Shown here: positions 9,995 to 19,408 of the stretch, piece after piece
Position numbering within the stretch: position 1 is the stretch's first letter
Layout: each line of letters begins with the position of its first letter
Source of the DNA: an uncultured Bacillota bacterium
Lineage (GTDB): Bacteria > Bacillota > Clostridia > Christensenellales > UBA1242
Assembly (NCBI GenBank): GCA_946495675.1
Contig: CAMMDQ010000003.1
Span: 67,023-131,022 of the forward strand
DNA: 64,000 bases
Direction of reading: 5' to 3'
Program-made: the position numbers and the translations under genes
The notes under the pieces: generated by a model
The model's database searches: none
What the model was told of the DNA's origin: nothing
What the model saw: only the letters and a program-made list of their open reading frames with translations

Positions 9995-10085
9995 TGGCGG
10001 AGAGAGGGGGAGTCGAACCCCCGATACAACAAGGTTGTATAACGGATTTCGAATCCGTCTCATTCGGCCTCTCTGACATCTCTCC
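9995..10085 (-). tRNA. tRNA-Ser (CGA)
   Basis: GGAGAGA/TCTCTCC acceptor stem, ACGGA-TTCGAAA-TCCGT anticodon arm, long variable arm, GGTTCGACTCC T-arm, G-CCA end. Confidence 0.97.
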
Positions 10086-10210
10086 ATGCGCCGCGGATAT
10101 ATTATATCACAGTTTTGCAAGAATAAAAAGCAAATTTTGTTTTGTTTTTCCTCAATTTTTTTGTATAATGATTATGCAGATATAAATTCTGCAATAAAAG
10201 GAGATTTAAT

Positions 10211-10882
10211 ATGGAAAATTATCGTATGCCACTTATTGGCGACAAGGCACCAAGTTTTAGTGCAGTTACAACCCAAGGCACAATCAATTTCCCAAAAGAC
10301 TATAAAGGCAAATGGGTGATTTTGTTCTCGCACCCAGCAGATTTCACACCTGTTTGCACAACTGAATTTATGACATTCGGTTCAATGATGGATGAGTTTA
10401 AAGCGCTCAACACAGAGCTTGTGGGATTGTCAGTAGACTCACTCTATTCTCACATTGCATGGCTTCGAAAGATTCAAGAACTTGAATGGAAAGGCATGAA
10501 AAAAGTGGAAGTAAAATTTCCGCTGATTGAGGATATCAAAATGGAAATTGCCAACAAATATGGCATGATTCAGCCAGGTCAATCTTCAACGCAGGCAGTA
10601 AGGGCAGTGTTTATCATTGACCCAGAATCAACAATTCGCACAATTTTGTATTATCCAATTTCTACTGGACGAAATTTTGATGAAATCAAAAGAATCATCC
10701 AGGCTCTTCAAAAGGCTGATAAAGATGCTTGTGCAACTCCAGCTGACTGGCGTCCAGGTGATGACGTGATTGTGCCAACTGCTGGCTCTTGCGGAGTGGC
10801 AAAAGAGCGTGTGGAGAGCAAAGACGAAAATATGTATTGCCTTGATTGGTTCTTATGCTTTAGAAAAGAAAAGAAAAAATAA
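10211..10882 (+). CDS. Peroxiredoxin (Prx6-type)
   Basis: FSHPADFTPVCTTEF, GRNFDEI, TPADW. Confidence 0.95.
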   Translation: MENYRMPLIGDKAPSFSAVTTQGTINFPKDYKGKWVILFSHPADFTPVCTTEFMTFGSMMDEFKALNTELVGLSVDSLYSHIAWLRKIQELEWKGMKKVEVKFPLIEDIKMEIANKYGMIQPGQSSTQAVRAVFIIDPESTIRTILYYPISTGRNFDEIKRIIQALQKADKDACATPADWRPGDDVIVPTAGSCGVAKERVESKDENMYCLDWFLCFRKEKKK

Positions 10883-11168
10883 GTTTGATTGCAAAAATGT
10901 TTCCAGATGAAAAGCTGGATTCATTTTTTTATTAAGACAGCGTGCTCCACAAAAAGCAAGTGAAAATTTCGAAGAATATGCGATATAATGCAGCCAAGAA
11001 ATTTCATATCAGCAACAGTTAAGATTAAAATTTACTCAAAGGTTGTCTTTTGGCAAAACTGTCAACTTTTGAGAGATTGGCATATAATTTTTTGTGTGAT
11101 AATTATTATAATATAATTGACATTTTGCAAATTTAATGGTAAATTTAAATATATAAAAGGGGAAGGAT

Positions 11169-11585
11169 ATGAAAAAGAAAAATTTGATCACAAACGAAAC
11201 AGAAGAAAAGCAAGAAGTGGAAATGCCACAAAACATTGAAGAGGAAAAAGAGGAAAAAGTTGAGAAACCTTCAAAAAGTGAAAATTTCTTTAAAAAAGCA
11301 TTCAATTTTGAAAATATTTCACTTTCACTTTCAATAATTTCAATTTTCTTTAGCTTTTTTACAGCATTTTTGCCACTTGCAACATTCACACTAGCAACAC
11401 TTCAAGCTGCTGCAGCATTCTTCTTTTTGGCTTTCGGTTGCGCCTTTGCTGCACTTATCATTGAAGTTATCAAAATGATAAAAGGTGGCTATAAAGCAAA
11501 TGCTCAGCTTGTTGTTGTCGTTTTGGCTTTAGTGCTTGCGTGTGTTGTAATTCCAATGACGATGAACTTAAACACAATGTATTAA
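11169..11585 (+). CDS. Hypothetical membrane protein (about 3 TM helices, charged N-terminus)
   Basis: RBS GGGGAAGG, hydrophobic helices, downstream terminator. Confidence 0.75.
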   Translation: MKKKNLITNETEEKQEVEMPQNIEEEKEEKVEKPSKSENFFKKAFNFENISLSLSIISIFFSFFTAFLPLATFTLATLQAAAAFFFLAFGCAFAALIIEVIKMIKGGYKANAQLVVVVLALVLACVVIPMTMNLNTMY

Positions 11586-11588
11586 TAC

Positions 11589-11617
11589 AAAAAAACTGGC
11601 AAGACGCCAGTTTTTTT
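11589..11617. terminator. Bidirectional intrinsic terminator
   Basis: AAAAAAACTGGC-AAGAC-GCCAGTTTTTTT between convergent genes. Confidence 0.85.
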
Positions 11618-11628
11618 AAAGAAAATTT

Positions 11629-14037
11629 TTAAATTATCACGTTGCAAATGCGTTTTGGCACATAAATAAATTTTTTGACTGGGCTTTTCACAAATTCTTG
11701 AACAGCATCAAGAGCCAGTGCTTTGATTTCATCTTGGCTCATTGACGAGGTTACAACAATTTTTCCGCGCAGCTTTCCGTTGACTTGAACGGGAACTTCC
11801 GTTGAGTCTGTCACGAGTGCGTTTGGGTCAAACGTTGGCCATTTTTCGTAAGAAATGGTGCCGTTATGGCCAAGATTTTGCCAAAGCTCTTCTGTAATGA
11901 AAGGGCAGATAGGATTGAGAAGTTTGATAAAGCCTTCAGCATATTGTCTAGGCAGTTTGTTTTCTTTTGCCACTGCATTGATAAAAATCATCATTTGCGA
12001 AATGGCAGTGTTGAAGTTGAGAGATTCAAAATCCTCAGTCACTTTTTTAACGGTTTGATGATAAATTTGTTTCAAGTTGTCATTTTCAAAATCGCCAATT
12101 TCCTTTTCTTGATATATTTTCCAAATACGGTCAAGGAATTTTCTTGCTCCAGCCACGCCGTTATCATCCCAAGGTTTTGAAACTTCAAGTGGGCCCATAA
12201 ACATTTCATAAAGACGCAAAGTGTCAGCACCATATTTTGCGATAACATCATTTGGATCAACTATAAATTCTGGATAGCGCTTGCCCATTTTTATTCCATT
12301 TGCGCCCAGTATCATGCCGGGATGAACAAGTTTTTGGAAAGGTTCTTTAACTGGCACAATGCCTTCATCATAGAGAAAATTGTTCCACATTCTTGAGTAT
12401 AGCAGATGACCAGTTGTGTGCTCGGGACCGCCAACATAAAGGTCAACAGGAAGCCAGTGCTCAAGCAGTTTTTTGTTTGCAAGCTCTTGGTCGTTGTGTG
12501 GGTCAATGTATCTTAAGAAATACCAACTTGAGCCAGCAGAGCCAGGCATGGTTGAAGTTTCTCTCTTGCCTTTTTTGCCTTTGTATGTGATGTTTACCCA
12601 CTTTTCATCTTTAGCGAGTGGACTGCTGCCATCTTTTGCAGGTTTATAATCTTCAAGAATAGGCAAAACAAGAGGTAAATCGTTGTCGTCAAGAGCTGTT
12701 GTTGTTCCATCATCATTATGAATGATTGGTATTGGTTCTCCCCAGTAACGTTGCCTTGCAAAAATCCACTCGTGAAGGCGATAGTTGACAGTTTTGCGAG
12801 CCTTGCCCATTTTGACAAGTTTGCCAGTGATTGCAGTTTTTGCTTCCTCAACAGTCAGGCCAGAAAATTCTTCGCTGTTGATAAGGCGATAGCCCTTGCC
12901 AAGATAATCTTGTTTTTCAAAGGCTGATTTGCTTACATCTCTGCCGTCGATGACTTGAATCATATCAATTTTGTGCTCTATTGCATACTCAAAGTCGCGT
13001 TGGTCGTGAGATGGAACGGCCATAACAGCGCCAGTGCCGTAGCTTGCAAGCACAAAATCACCAACAAATACAGGCACTTTTTTGTTGTTGACAGGGTTGA
13101 TGGCAAAAACGCCTTCAAGTTTAACCCCGCTCTTGCCTTTGTTTAGCGAAGTTCTTTCAAGGTCGCTCAGTTTTGCCGTTTCTTTGCGGTATTTTTCCAC
13201 TTCATCCCAGTTTTTGATGCGGTCTTTAAGTTGGTCAACCAATTTTGCATCAGGGGCCAGAACCATGAAAGTGATGCCATAGATTGTTTCGATGCAGGTG
13301 GTAAAGATAGAAAATTTTCCGCCGCCCACAAGTTCAAAATCAACCTCAACGCCTTCCGACTTGCCAATCCAGTTTTTTTGCATGGTTTTGGTGCTTTCAG
13401 GCCAATTTATTTTCTCAAGCCCTTCAATAAGCCTGTCGGCATATTTTGCGATGTCAACAATCCATTGTTTCATATATTTTTTCACAACAGGATAGCCGCC
13501 GCGCTCGCTTTTTCCGTCAACAATTTCGTCGTTTGCAAGCACGCAACCCAGTTCTTCGCAGAAATTGACGGGCATTTCAACAAACTTTGCAAGACCTTTT
13601 TGATAGAGCTTTTTGAAAATCCACTGCGTCCATTTATAGTAGCTAGGCTCGCAAGTAGAAATTTCTCTGTCCCAATCGTAAGAAAAGCCCAAATTTTTCA
13701 ACTGGCTTGTGAAATATTCAATATTTTTTTTGGTGAATTGATATGGATGATTGCCGGTGTTGATGGCATATTGCTCAGCTGGCAGGCCAAAAGAATCAAA
13801 CCCCATCGGATGCAAAACGTTATAGCCCTGCATTTTTTTCATTCTGCTGACAATGTCAGTTGCTGTATAACCTTCTGGGTGCCCCACATGAAGCCCTGCG
13901 CCAGAAGGGTAAGGGAACATATCAAGAGCATAGAATTTTGGTTTTGAAAAGTCCCAAATGTCAGTTTTGAAGGTTTGGTGCTCTTGCCAATATTTTTTCC
14001 ATTTTTCTTCAATTTGTTTTGTGTTGTATTCTTTCAT
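11629..14037 (-). CDS. leuS: Leucine--tRNA ligase
   Basis: MFPYPSG, HVGH, RQRYWGEPIP, GTGAVMAVPSHDQRD, KMGKR (KMSKS equivalent), VQVNGKLR. Confidence 0.98.
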   Translation of the reverse strand: MKEYNTKQIEEKWKKYWQEHQTFKTDIWDFSKPKFYALDMFPYPSGAGLHVGHPEGYTATDIVSRMKKMQGYNVLHPMGFDSFGLPAEQYAINTGNHPYQFTKKNIEYFTSQLKNLGFSYDWDREISTCEPSYYKWTQWIFKKLYQKGLAKFVEMPVNFCEELGCVLANDEIVDGKSERGGYPVVKKYMKQWIVDIAKYADRLIEGLEKINWPESTKTMQKNWIGKSEGVEVDFELVGGGKFSIFTTCIETIYGITFMVLAPDAKLVDQLKDRIKNWDEVEKYRKETAKLSDLERTSLNKGKSGVKLEGVFAINPVNNKKVPVFVGDFVLASYGTGAVMAVPSHDQRDFEYAIEHKIDMIQVIDGRDVSKSAFEKQDYLGKGYRLINSEEFSGLTVEEAKTAITGKLVKMGKARKTVNYRLHEWIFARQRYWGEPIPIIHNDDGTTTALDDNDLPLVLPILEDYKPAKDGSSPLAKDEKWVNITYKGKKGKRETSTMPGSAGSSWYFLRYIDPHNDQELANKKLLEHWLPVDLYVGGPEHTTGHLLYSRMWNNFLYDEGIVPVKEPFQKLVHPGMILGANGIKMGKRYPEFIVDPNDVIAKYGADTLRLYEMFMGPLEVSKPWDDNGVAGARKFLDRIWKIYQEKEIGDFENDNLKQIYHQTVKKVTEDFESLNFNTAISQMMIFINAVAKENKLPRQYAEGFIKLLNPICPFITEELWQNLGHNGTISYEKWPTFDPNALVTDSTEVPVQVNGKLRGKIVVTSSMSQDEIKALALDAVQEFVKSPVKKFIYVPKRICNVII

Positions 14038-14048
14038 AAATTCTCCTT

Positions 14049-14207
14049 AAAAAACAAAAATAGCAACCTTGACTGGTTGCACTTAAAAAAATTTTTTTTA
14101 GCACAACCAAAACTTGTGCCACTATTGTGGACACCAAATCAAAGTAGTGCTAAAAGAATGTTTGTTTTCATGCTTTGATAATAGCATAATTGCCTTGCTT
14201 TTGTCAA
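14049..14207 (-). promoter_or_regulatory. leuS promoter and leader-peptide transcription attenuator
   Basis: TTGACA-18-TATTAT; mutually exclusive pairings; GCAACC/GGTTGC hairpin plus U-tract before the leuS RBS. Confidence 0.75.
14139..14171 (-). CDS. Leu-rich leader peptide MKTNILLALL
   Basis: ATG AAA ACA AAC ATT CTT TTA GCA CTA CTT TGA, starting 6 nt after the -10 box. Confidence 0.7.
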   Translation of the reverse strand: MKTNILLALL

Positions 14208-14293
14208 CAATTTTTTTGCGGCAGACAAAAAAAGTTGATGCAAAAGAGGCAAACAAAAAAGGGCGCAAGCCCTTTTCTGCTTTCAGACCAAAC

Positions 14294-15778
14294 TTAGCTT
14301 GTTGCGCTCAGTTTTTTGACCACCAGTGTTGCGTCTCCGTTTTCTGGTATGGTGATGGTTGCGCCGCCAGGGGCTGTTGTGGTGGTCAAAGCAAGGTCAA
14401 TCACATCGTTGGCAGCAAGCGTTACAATAACAGAGTTTGCAACATCAACAACAAATGTTCCGCCAGTTGCTGTTTCAAGAGCAGTTTGCTCTATGGTTGA
14501 AGAAGCAATTGGAGTTGTGTTGTTTCGTGCAGTAACATTAAATGTAAGCTCTGCTGTTGAGTTGATTTGCAGGTGGTAGGTTATTTCATAGTCTCCAGCT
14601 TGCAAAACAGTGATTTGATTGGTCGCAGTTGTCGTATTGAGAACAGGCATCTGAGTGTTAAGCTCAACAGGAACGTAAACATTTTCAGTTGTTATTGTTG
14701 GCGTTTGCTGCGCATTGTTGTATAGGCCGCCATAGGCTGCCAGCCCCGCTCCACTTGCTCCAGTCGGTCCAGTCGGGCCAGTTGCACCAACTGTTCCAGT
14801 CGCTCCAGCAGGTCCAGTTGGCCCAGTAGGACCAGTAGCGCCAGTCGCTCCAGCAGGGCCGGTTGGCCCAGTTGCACCGGTTGCGCCAGCAGTTCCTGTA
14901 GTTCCAGCAGGACCAGCAGGGCCGGTAGGACCAGTAGGACCAGTAGCGCCAGCAGTTCCTGTAGTTCCGGCAGGGCCAGTAGGACCGGTAGGGCCTGTAG
15001 CACCAGTAGGGCCTGTAGGACCAGTTGCACCTGTTCCAGCAGGCCCAGTAGGACCGGTAGGACCAGTAGCTCCAGTTCCAGCAGGGCCAGTAGGGCCGGT
15101 AGGACCAGTAGCGCCAGTCAAACCAGTAGGACCTGTAGGACCAGTTGCACCCGTTCCAGCAGGACCAGTAGGACCGGTAGGACCAGTAGCGCCGGTAGGA
15201 CCTGTAGGTCCAGTCGCACCCGTTCCAGCGGGGCCAGTAGGTCCAGTAGCTCCTGTAGCACCAGTAGGGCCTGTAGGACCAGTTGCACCCGTTCCAGCGG
15301 GGCCAGTAGGGCCGGTAGGGCCTGTAGCACCAGTAGGTCCGGTAGGACCAGTTGCACCCGTTCCAGCAGGACCAGTAGGGCCGGTAGGGCCTGTAGCTCC
15401 AGCTGTTCCAGCTGTTCCAGCAGGGCCGGTAGGGCCGGTAGGGCCAGTAGGACCAGTAGGTCCAGTGGCACCTTGAGGAATATTAAAAGTCAAATCAGCG
15501 GTTGAGCCAACTCCTGACTGAACGACAGACGCAGGACTGCCTGCGGCCAGTGTGTTGGTTGCGATAACTTCAACAGTTGTGATTGTAGCACCAGTAGGAC
15601 CGGTAGGACCTGTAGGGCCAGTGGCTCCAGCAGGACCGGTAGGACCAGTCGCGCCTTGTGGACCAGCAGGACCTATTGGACCTGTAGGGCCAGTGGCACC
15701 TGAAATAATCAGTGGTGGACGGCAAGGTCTAGGATTGCAACAAGTTGGTCTGTTATTTCCAAAAAAATTAATAGCCAT
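14294..15778 (-). CDS. Collagen-like exosporium protein (BclA-like)
   Basis: Long GPT/GAT/GPA triplet region; Cys/Pro-rich N-terminus; BclA/C1q-like C-terminal domain (AGDYEITY...LVVKKL); GAGGA RBS before MAINFF. Confidence 0.9.
   Translation of the reverse strand: MAINFFGNNRPTCCNPRPCRPPLIISGATGPTGPIGPAGPQGATGPTGPAGATGPTGPTGPTGATITTVEVIATNTLAAGSPASVVQSGVGSTADLTFNIPQGATGPTGPTGPTGPTGPAGTAGTAGATGPTGPTGPAGTGATGPTGPTGATGPTGPTGPAGTGATGPTGPTGATGATGPTGPAGTGATGPTGPTGATGPTGPTGPAGTGATGPTGPTGLTGATGPTGPTGPAGTGATGPTGPTGPAGTGATGPTGPTGATGPTGPTGPAGTTGTAGATGPTGPTGPAGPAGTTGTAGATGATGPTGPAGATGATGPTGPTGPAGATGTVGATGPTGPTGASGAGLAAYGGLYNNAQQTPTITTENVYVPVELNTQMPVLNTTTATNQITVLQAGDYEITYHLQINSTAELTFNVTARNNTTPIASSTIEQTALETATGGTFVVDVANSVIVTLAANDVIDLALTTTTAPGGATITIPENGDATLVVKKLSATS
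14750..15700 (-). repeat. Collagen G-X-Y coding tandem repeats
   Basis: Degenerate 9-bp units such as GGTCCTACT/GGCCCTACC, organised into larger repeated blocks; local GC elevation. Confidence 0.9.
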
Positions 15779-15811
15779 GTTTTCCTCACTCGGAGTATTT
15801 GTACTCCAATC

Positions 15812-15840
15812 CATAATATGAAAAAAGTTTAAAAAGTGTA
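15812..15840 (-). promoter_or_regulatory. Putative sigmaK (mother-cell) promoter
   Basis: ACAC-15 nt-CATATTAT upstream of the collagen-like gene. Confidence 0.5.
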
Positions 15841-15905
15841 AATATGTTTAAAAATCATTTGAAAAAAAGATGCAAATAGTTTATCATATTTAAAAAGGAG
15901 AAATT

Positions 15906-16415
15906 ATGAACAAAGCAAAATCAATGATTGAAAAAACTTTGGGAGTTCTTGAAAACAAACAAGAAATTCTGAATTTGTTTTTTGAAGAATATAGTTATGA
16001 ACAGAAAATTAGAACGGCTCATCACTCAGATAGTGAAATTTTTGCACAAACATTGTTTAAAGGCAAAAAAGAACAAGACGAAATTTTTTTGAAGGCTCTT
16101 GAAAGAAATTTTGCACAGCTGCAAGAGAACTATTCTGATAACAAGATTATCGAGATTATTTCTTGGTTGCAAGAAGAGGGAACTTTAGATCAAAAAAAAG
16201 AAAAAGATATTTTCAATCTTTTAAATAGGCAGCCAAAACATAGCAAAAATTTTGTTGCCCAGCAGATTGCTGCTGACATTGAAAAAGAATTTTTGTTTAA
16301 ACAAGCAAAACTTGACTCACAAAAATATCAAGGGATATATGAAATTGTTTTAAAGATCAAAGATATGTATACAAGTCATCATAAACTTGGTTTTTTGGAT
16401 GAGGAGAAAATTTAA
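15906..16415 (+). CDS. Hypothetical protein
   Basis: AAGGAG RBS, 169 aa, helical/charged. Confidence 0.75.
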   Translation: MNKAKSMIEKTLGVLENKQEILNLFFEEYSYEQKIRTAHHSDSEIFAQTLFKGKKEQDEIFLKALERNFAQLQENYSDNKIIEIISWLQEEGTLDQKKEKDIFNLLNRQPKHSKNFVAQQIAADIEKEFLFKQAKLDSQKYQGIYEIVLKIKDMYTSHHKLGFLDEEKI

Positions 16416-16930
16416 GTCTGTGCTGGCGATGGCTGTTCTGAAGGAGTGGTTGTTGGTTGAAGGTGGTTTTCAGGCTGATTGTTTTGATTTGGGACAGGAG
16501 TTTGGCTTTTTTGAGCGGGCAGTGAATTAAAAAGATTTTGCAAATTCAAATTTATTATATTTGCTATGCGGTTTTCTTCTGGGATGTTGATTGTTTCGAT
16601 TAATATGGTCGAAAATTCGATTGCTTTATAAACAAGTTCTTTAAGCGTTTGGCTTGAAGAGCTTTTTTCTGGCAAATCAAGCGGGGAGGCGAAAAAAGAA
16701 TAATAAAGATTGCTTGTCAAAAGCTCAATTTTGCACAAAAGGTCAATTTGGGTGTCTGTGGTTGCCTTTTCTTTTGCAAGCACAACATAGTTATAAAGTG
16801 ATTGCATTGTTTCTTTTAAGTTTTGCATCGAATTTGAATTGTTTGAAAGGCTTTGACAAAAAACGGCTGATGTTCTGCCAACTTCATCTTTTTCAAGCAA
16901 AATGTTGTGTTTTAAAAAAAACTTGTGCAT
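16412..16930 (-). CDS. Hypothetical protein, possibly spore-associated
   Basis: AAGGAG RBS; CATATATAC sigmaE/K-like -10 upstream; P/Q/T-rich tail. Confidence 0.7.
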   Translation of the reverse strand: MHKFFLKHNILLEKDEVGRTSAVFCQSLSNNSNSMQNLKETMQSLYNYVVLAKEKATTDTQIDLLCKIELLTSNLYYSFFASPLDLPEKSSSSQTLKELVYKAIEFSTILIETINIPEENRIANIINLNLQNLFNSLPAQKSQTPVPNQNNQPENHLQPTTTPSEQPSPAQT

Positions 16931-16978
16931 AGGAATCTCCTTTTACACAAGTATATATGAAAGTTTTTGTCAAATGGT

Positions 16979-17290
16979 TTATGTTTCTGGCACGACAAGA
17001 TCAGGGTAGACTGCATGCAGAATTTCAGGGATTGCAATTGTGATAAACAGCACAAGCACCAACAGCACAACAACACCAATGATAGTGTTTTTGATGCGGT
17101 TTTGTGCGTTTTTTCTTTGATCTTCGCTTTCACTTTTTGCAAGATTGATGCCTAGGATTATGGCATACACCGTTCCTGCGCCGCCAATGGCTGCCAAAAT
17201 TGCATACAAAATATATGGCAAAGTTCCGTAAAGGTCGTTCAGCCAAGCAAGCGAGCCCAAATATTGATAGGCAAGAAGAGAAAAATTCAT
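16979..17290 (-). CDS. VirB2/TrbC-like T4SS pilin
   Basis: Two hydrophobic helices joined by a charged loop (GTVYAIILGINLAKSESEDQRKNAQNRIKNTIIG); AAGGAG RBS; own TTGCAT-17-TAAAAT promoter. Confidence 0.75.
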   Translation of the reverse strand: MNFSLLAYQYLGSLAWLNDLYGTLPYILYAILAAIGGAGTVYAIILGINLAKSESEDQRKNAQNRIKNTIIGVVVLLVLVLFITIAIPEILHAVYPDLVVPET

Positions 17291-17513
17291 CTTAAAATCT
17301 CCTTAATTTTTCTAAAAAAGATTTTAGCATATTTTTTTGCATTATGCAAGCATTCTTTGGCAATATTTTTATAGAAAAATTTTAAGCAATTTTCCCCCTT
17401 TAAAATTCATAGCAAAAATTTCCATAAGATTTTTTTAAAAATTGCAAACAGGGCGAAAAAATGACATAAAAGATATTAAAAAAAAATCAAAAAACTGCAA
17501 GAGAAAAAGCATA

Positions 17514-17542
17514 AAAAAATCTCACAAAATTGTGAGATTTTT
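17514..17542. terminator. Intrinsic terminator between the two pilin genes
   Basis: AAAAAATCTCACAA-AA-TTGTGAGATTTTT. Confidence 0.8.
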
Positions 17543-17581
17543 GCTTGATTGTTATAAGACTGCTTATATTCAACCTTGATT

Positions 17582-17986
17582 TCACTCCTTAGGAGGTGTT
17601 GTTCCTTCTCCACCAGGAATAACAGAGCCAGTTCCCTTTTCATCCAAACCAACTGCGCTCAAAATCATTGGCAGGAAGGTGTTGAAGAACAAAATCAAAA
17701 CAATGGTCACACCAACTGCGATTGCAACGGTGATAAGGTGTTTTTTTGCTTCATCACGTTTGCCTTGTTCGTCAGCCCTTGCAAGCTTCACGCCAAGATA
17801 GATGGCATAAATTGCACCAATCGCACCAACAAGACCAAGCACAACCCACAGCACAATGGAAAGAATGTTGAAAACATCGTTTAAAACTGTATAAATGCCA
17901 CCATTGTCACCCGTCGTGCTTAAATTTAAATTTTTAAAAAAGTCTGACCAACTTGCTGCAAGAGTCTTACCCAATAAACTAAACAT
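17582..17986 (-). CDS. VirB2/TrbC-like T4SS pilin (paralog)
   Basis: GAIYAIYLGVKLARADEQGKRDEAKKHLITVAI aligns by eye with the adjacent pilin; GGGAGG RBS. Confidence 0.75.
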   Translation of the reverse strand: MFSLLGKTLAASWSDFFKNLNLSTTGDNGGIYTVLNDVFNILSIVLWVVLGLVGAIGAIYAIYLGVKLARADEQGKRDEAKKHLITVAIAVGVTIVLILFFNTFLPMILSAVGLDEKGTGSVIPGGEGTTPPKE

Positions 17987-18211
17987 AAACTACCTCCCAA
18001 TGAGAAATATTTTTTATTTACAAGCCTATAATAGCATAAAAAAAATAAATTACAAAACGATTTTGACAAATTTTTTAAATTTTTTTAATTTTTTTTGAAT
18101 TTATTTTCAATTTAATTTTAAGCAGTTTTTTTAAAAATATTTATTGGCTTTCAATTTTTTAATTTAAGGCATAAAATTAATAAAAAATTGCCTGCAAGGG
18201 CAGACGAATTT

Positions 18212-18400
18212 TTAGAAAAAGAAAGAATTTCCATTATTTGGACAGGTGTTTTGCGTGCAACTGTTGCCATAGAAGTTCTGACCGTTCAGTGCCAGCAACA
18301 ATAGAAGCAGAAAGTTTGTGTTGGTGTTTAAGTTTGTGTCAGTTGCCGATGTTATGACAGATAGCAAAAGAACAAACAAAAGATTTTGTGTGCTATTCAT
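18212..18400 (-). CDS. Small Asn-rich hydrophobic hypothetical protein (62 aa)
   Basis: AGGGGG RBS, two Leu-rich segments, hairpin downstream. Confidence 0.6.
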   Translation of the reverse strand: MNSTQNLLFVLLLSVITSATDTNLNTNTNFLLLLLLALNGQNFYGNSCTQNTCPNNGNSFFF

Positions 18401-18556
18401 ATTTCCCCCTTTTTACAAAAATCTTGTTTTTTTGTCAAAAAAGAATAATTTTCTTTTTTGCGATTTCTTTTGTATTTGTCAAAATATAGATGCAGGCAAT
18501 TACATAAGTATTTATGTTTTCTGCTTTTAAATTGTGAACAAAAGGAAATGAAAAAT

Positions 18557-18889
18557 ATGAATAGATTTTTGCTTTTGACCGAGCGTAATCGCAGGGAAAT
18601 AGAAAATGCTCTTCCGCATGAAAACGCCACCAGAGCACTCGCTGATTATTTTTCCAACTTTGCCGACTCAACTCGCATCAAAATTTTGACCTGTCTTTCA
18701 ATGATGAATATGTGTGTCAATGACCTTTCAACCATCTTGGGCATCAATCAAACCACAATATCACATCAGCTTAAAACGCTTAAAGATCAAGGACTTGTTT
18801 CTTATCGCAGAGAAGGCAAAATTTTGGTTTACTTTCTGACAAGCTCTTCCGTCAATGACATCATGCTATACGCCGTGCAAGCACTTTAA
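18557..18889 (+). CDS. ArsR/SmtB family transcriptional regulator
   Basis: FADSTRIKIL, MCVNDL, ISHQLKTLK, RREGKILVY. Confidence 0.92.
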   Translation: MNRFLLLTERNRREIENALPHENATRALADYFSNFADSTRIKILTCLSMMNMCVNDLSTILGINQTTISHQLKTLKDQGLVSYRREGKILVYFLTSSSVNDIMLYAVQAL

Positions 18890-18943
18890 AGCTCTTGACA
18901 AAAATTCTTCATTTTGGCATAATAAGGTCAAAGGGATCAATAT

Positions 18944-19408
18944 ATGAAAAGGGTTTTTGACACTCTCAACCAAATGAGTTTTACTTTGCCGAAGGGTTAT
19001 CACTTGACAGATGACAAATACACCTTGCCAAATGGGCAAGGTTTTATCAACAAAGAAAATTATTTGTCAGACGATGGAGAGGTGATTTCTTTTTTCGAGT
19101 TGCACAGGTCTAAAGATGAATTTTTTGAAAGTTATGATAGTCTTTGCATAGATGCAAAAACTTTAAGTCAAAAATATGAACTTGAGAAAAACTTTTTAAT
19201 CAGATTGGGAGATTTTGTTTTTCCAGTTTATATCATTAAAGGATTCGACCAAAAACTGATTCATGTTGTGCAGATTTTTATTGATTGCGGTGATTGTATG
19301 GGGGTTTTGATGTTCAACATCAAAGATTCATCAGGCGATGTCAAAGAAATGATAGCAAACAATAAAATTTTTAAAGATGCAGTCAGCCTTCTTAGGAGTG
19401 TGAAATGA
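18944..19408 (+). CDS. Hypothetical protein
   Basis: TTGACA-17-CATAAT promoter upstream; overlaps the queH start (ATGA). Confidence 0.75.
   Translation: MKRVFDTLNQMSFTLPKGYHLTDDKYTLPNGQGFINKENYLSDDGEVISFFELHRSKDEFFESYDSLCIDAKTLSQKYELEKNFLIRLGDFVFPVYIIKGFDQKLIHVVQIFIDCGDCMGVLMFNIKDSSGDVKEMIANNKIFKDAVSLLRSVK

Noticed and set aside
9994-10185. 63-aa ORF MAERGGVEP...
   Set aside because: Antisense translation of tRNA-Ser.
14040-14200. T-box riboswitch upstream of leuS
   Set aside because: Only a weak GTGGCAC resemblance; no Stem I or specifier loop, and the leader is too short. The leader-peptide model explains the pairings better.
14750-15700. Repeat array as CRISPR or a non-coding repeat
   Set aside because: In-frame collagen codons with no unique spacers; no cas genes in the window.
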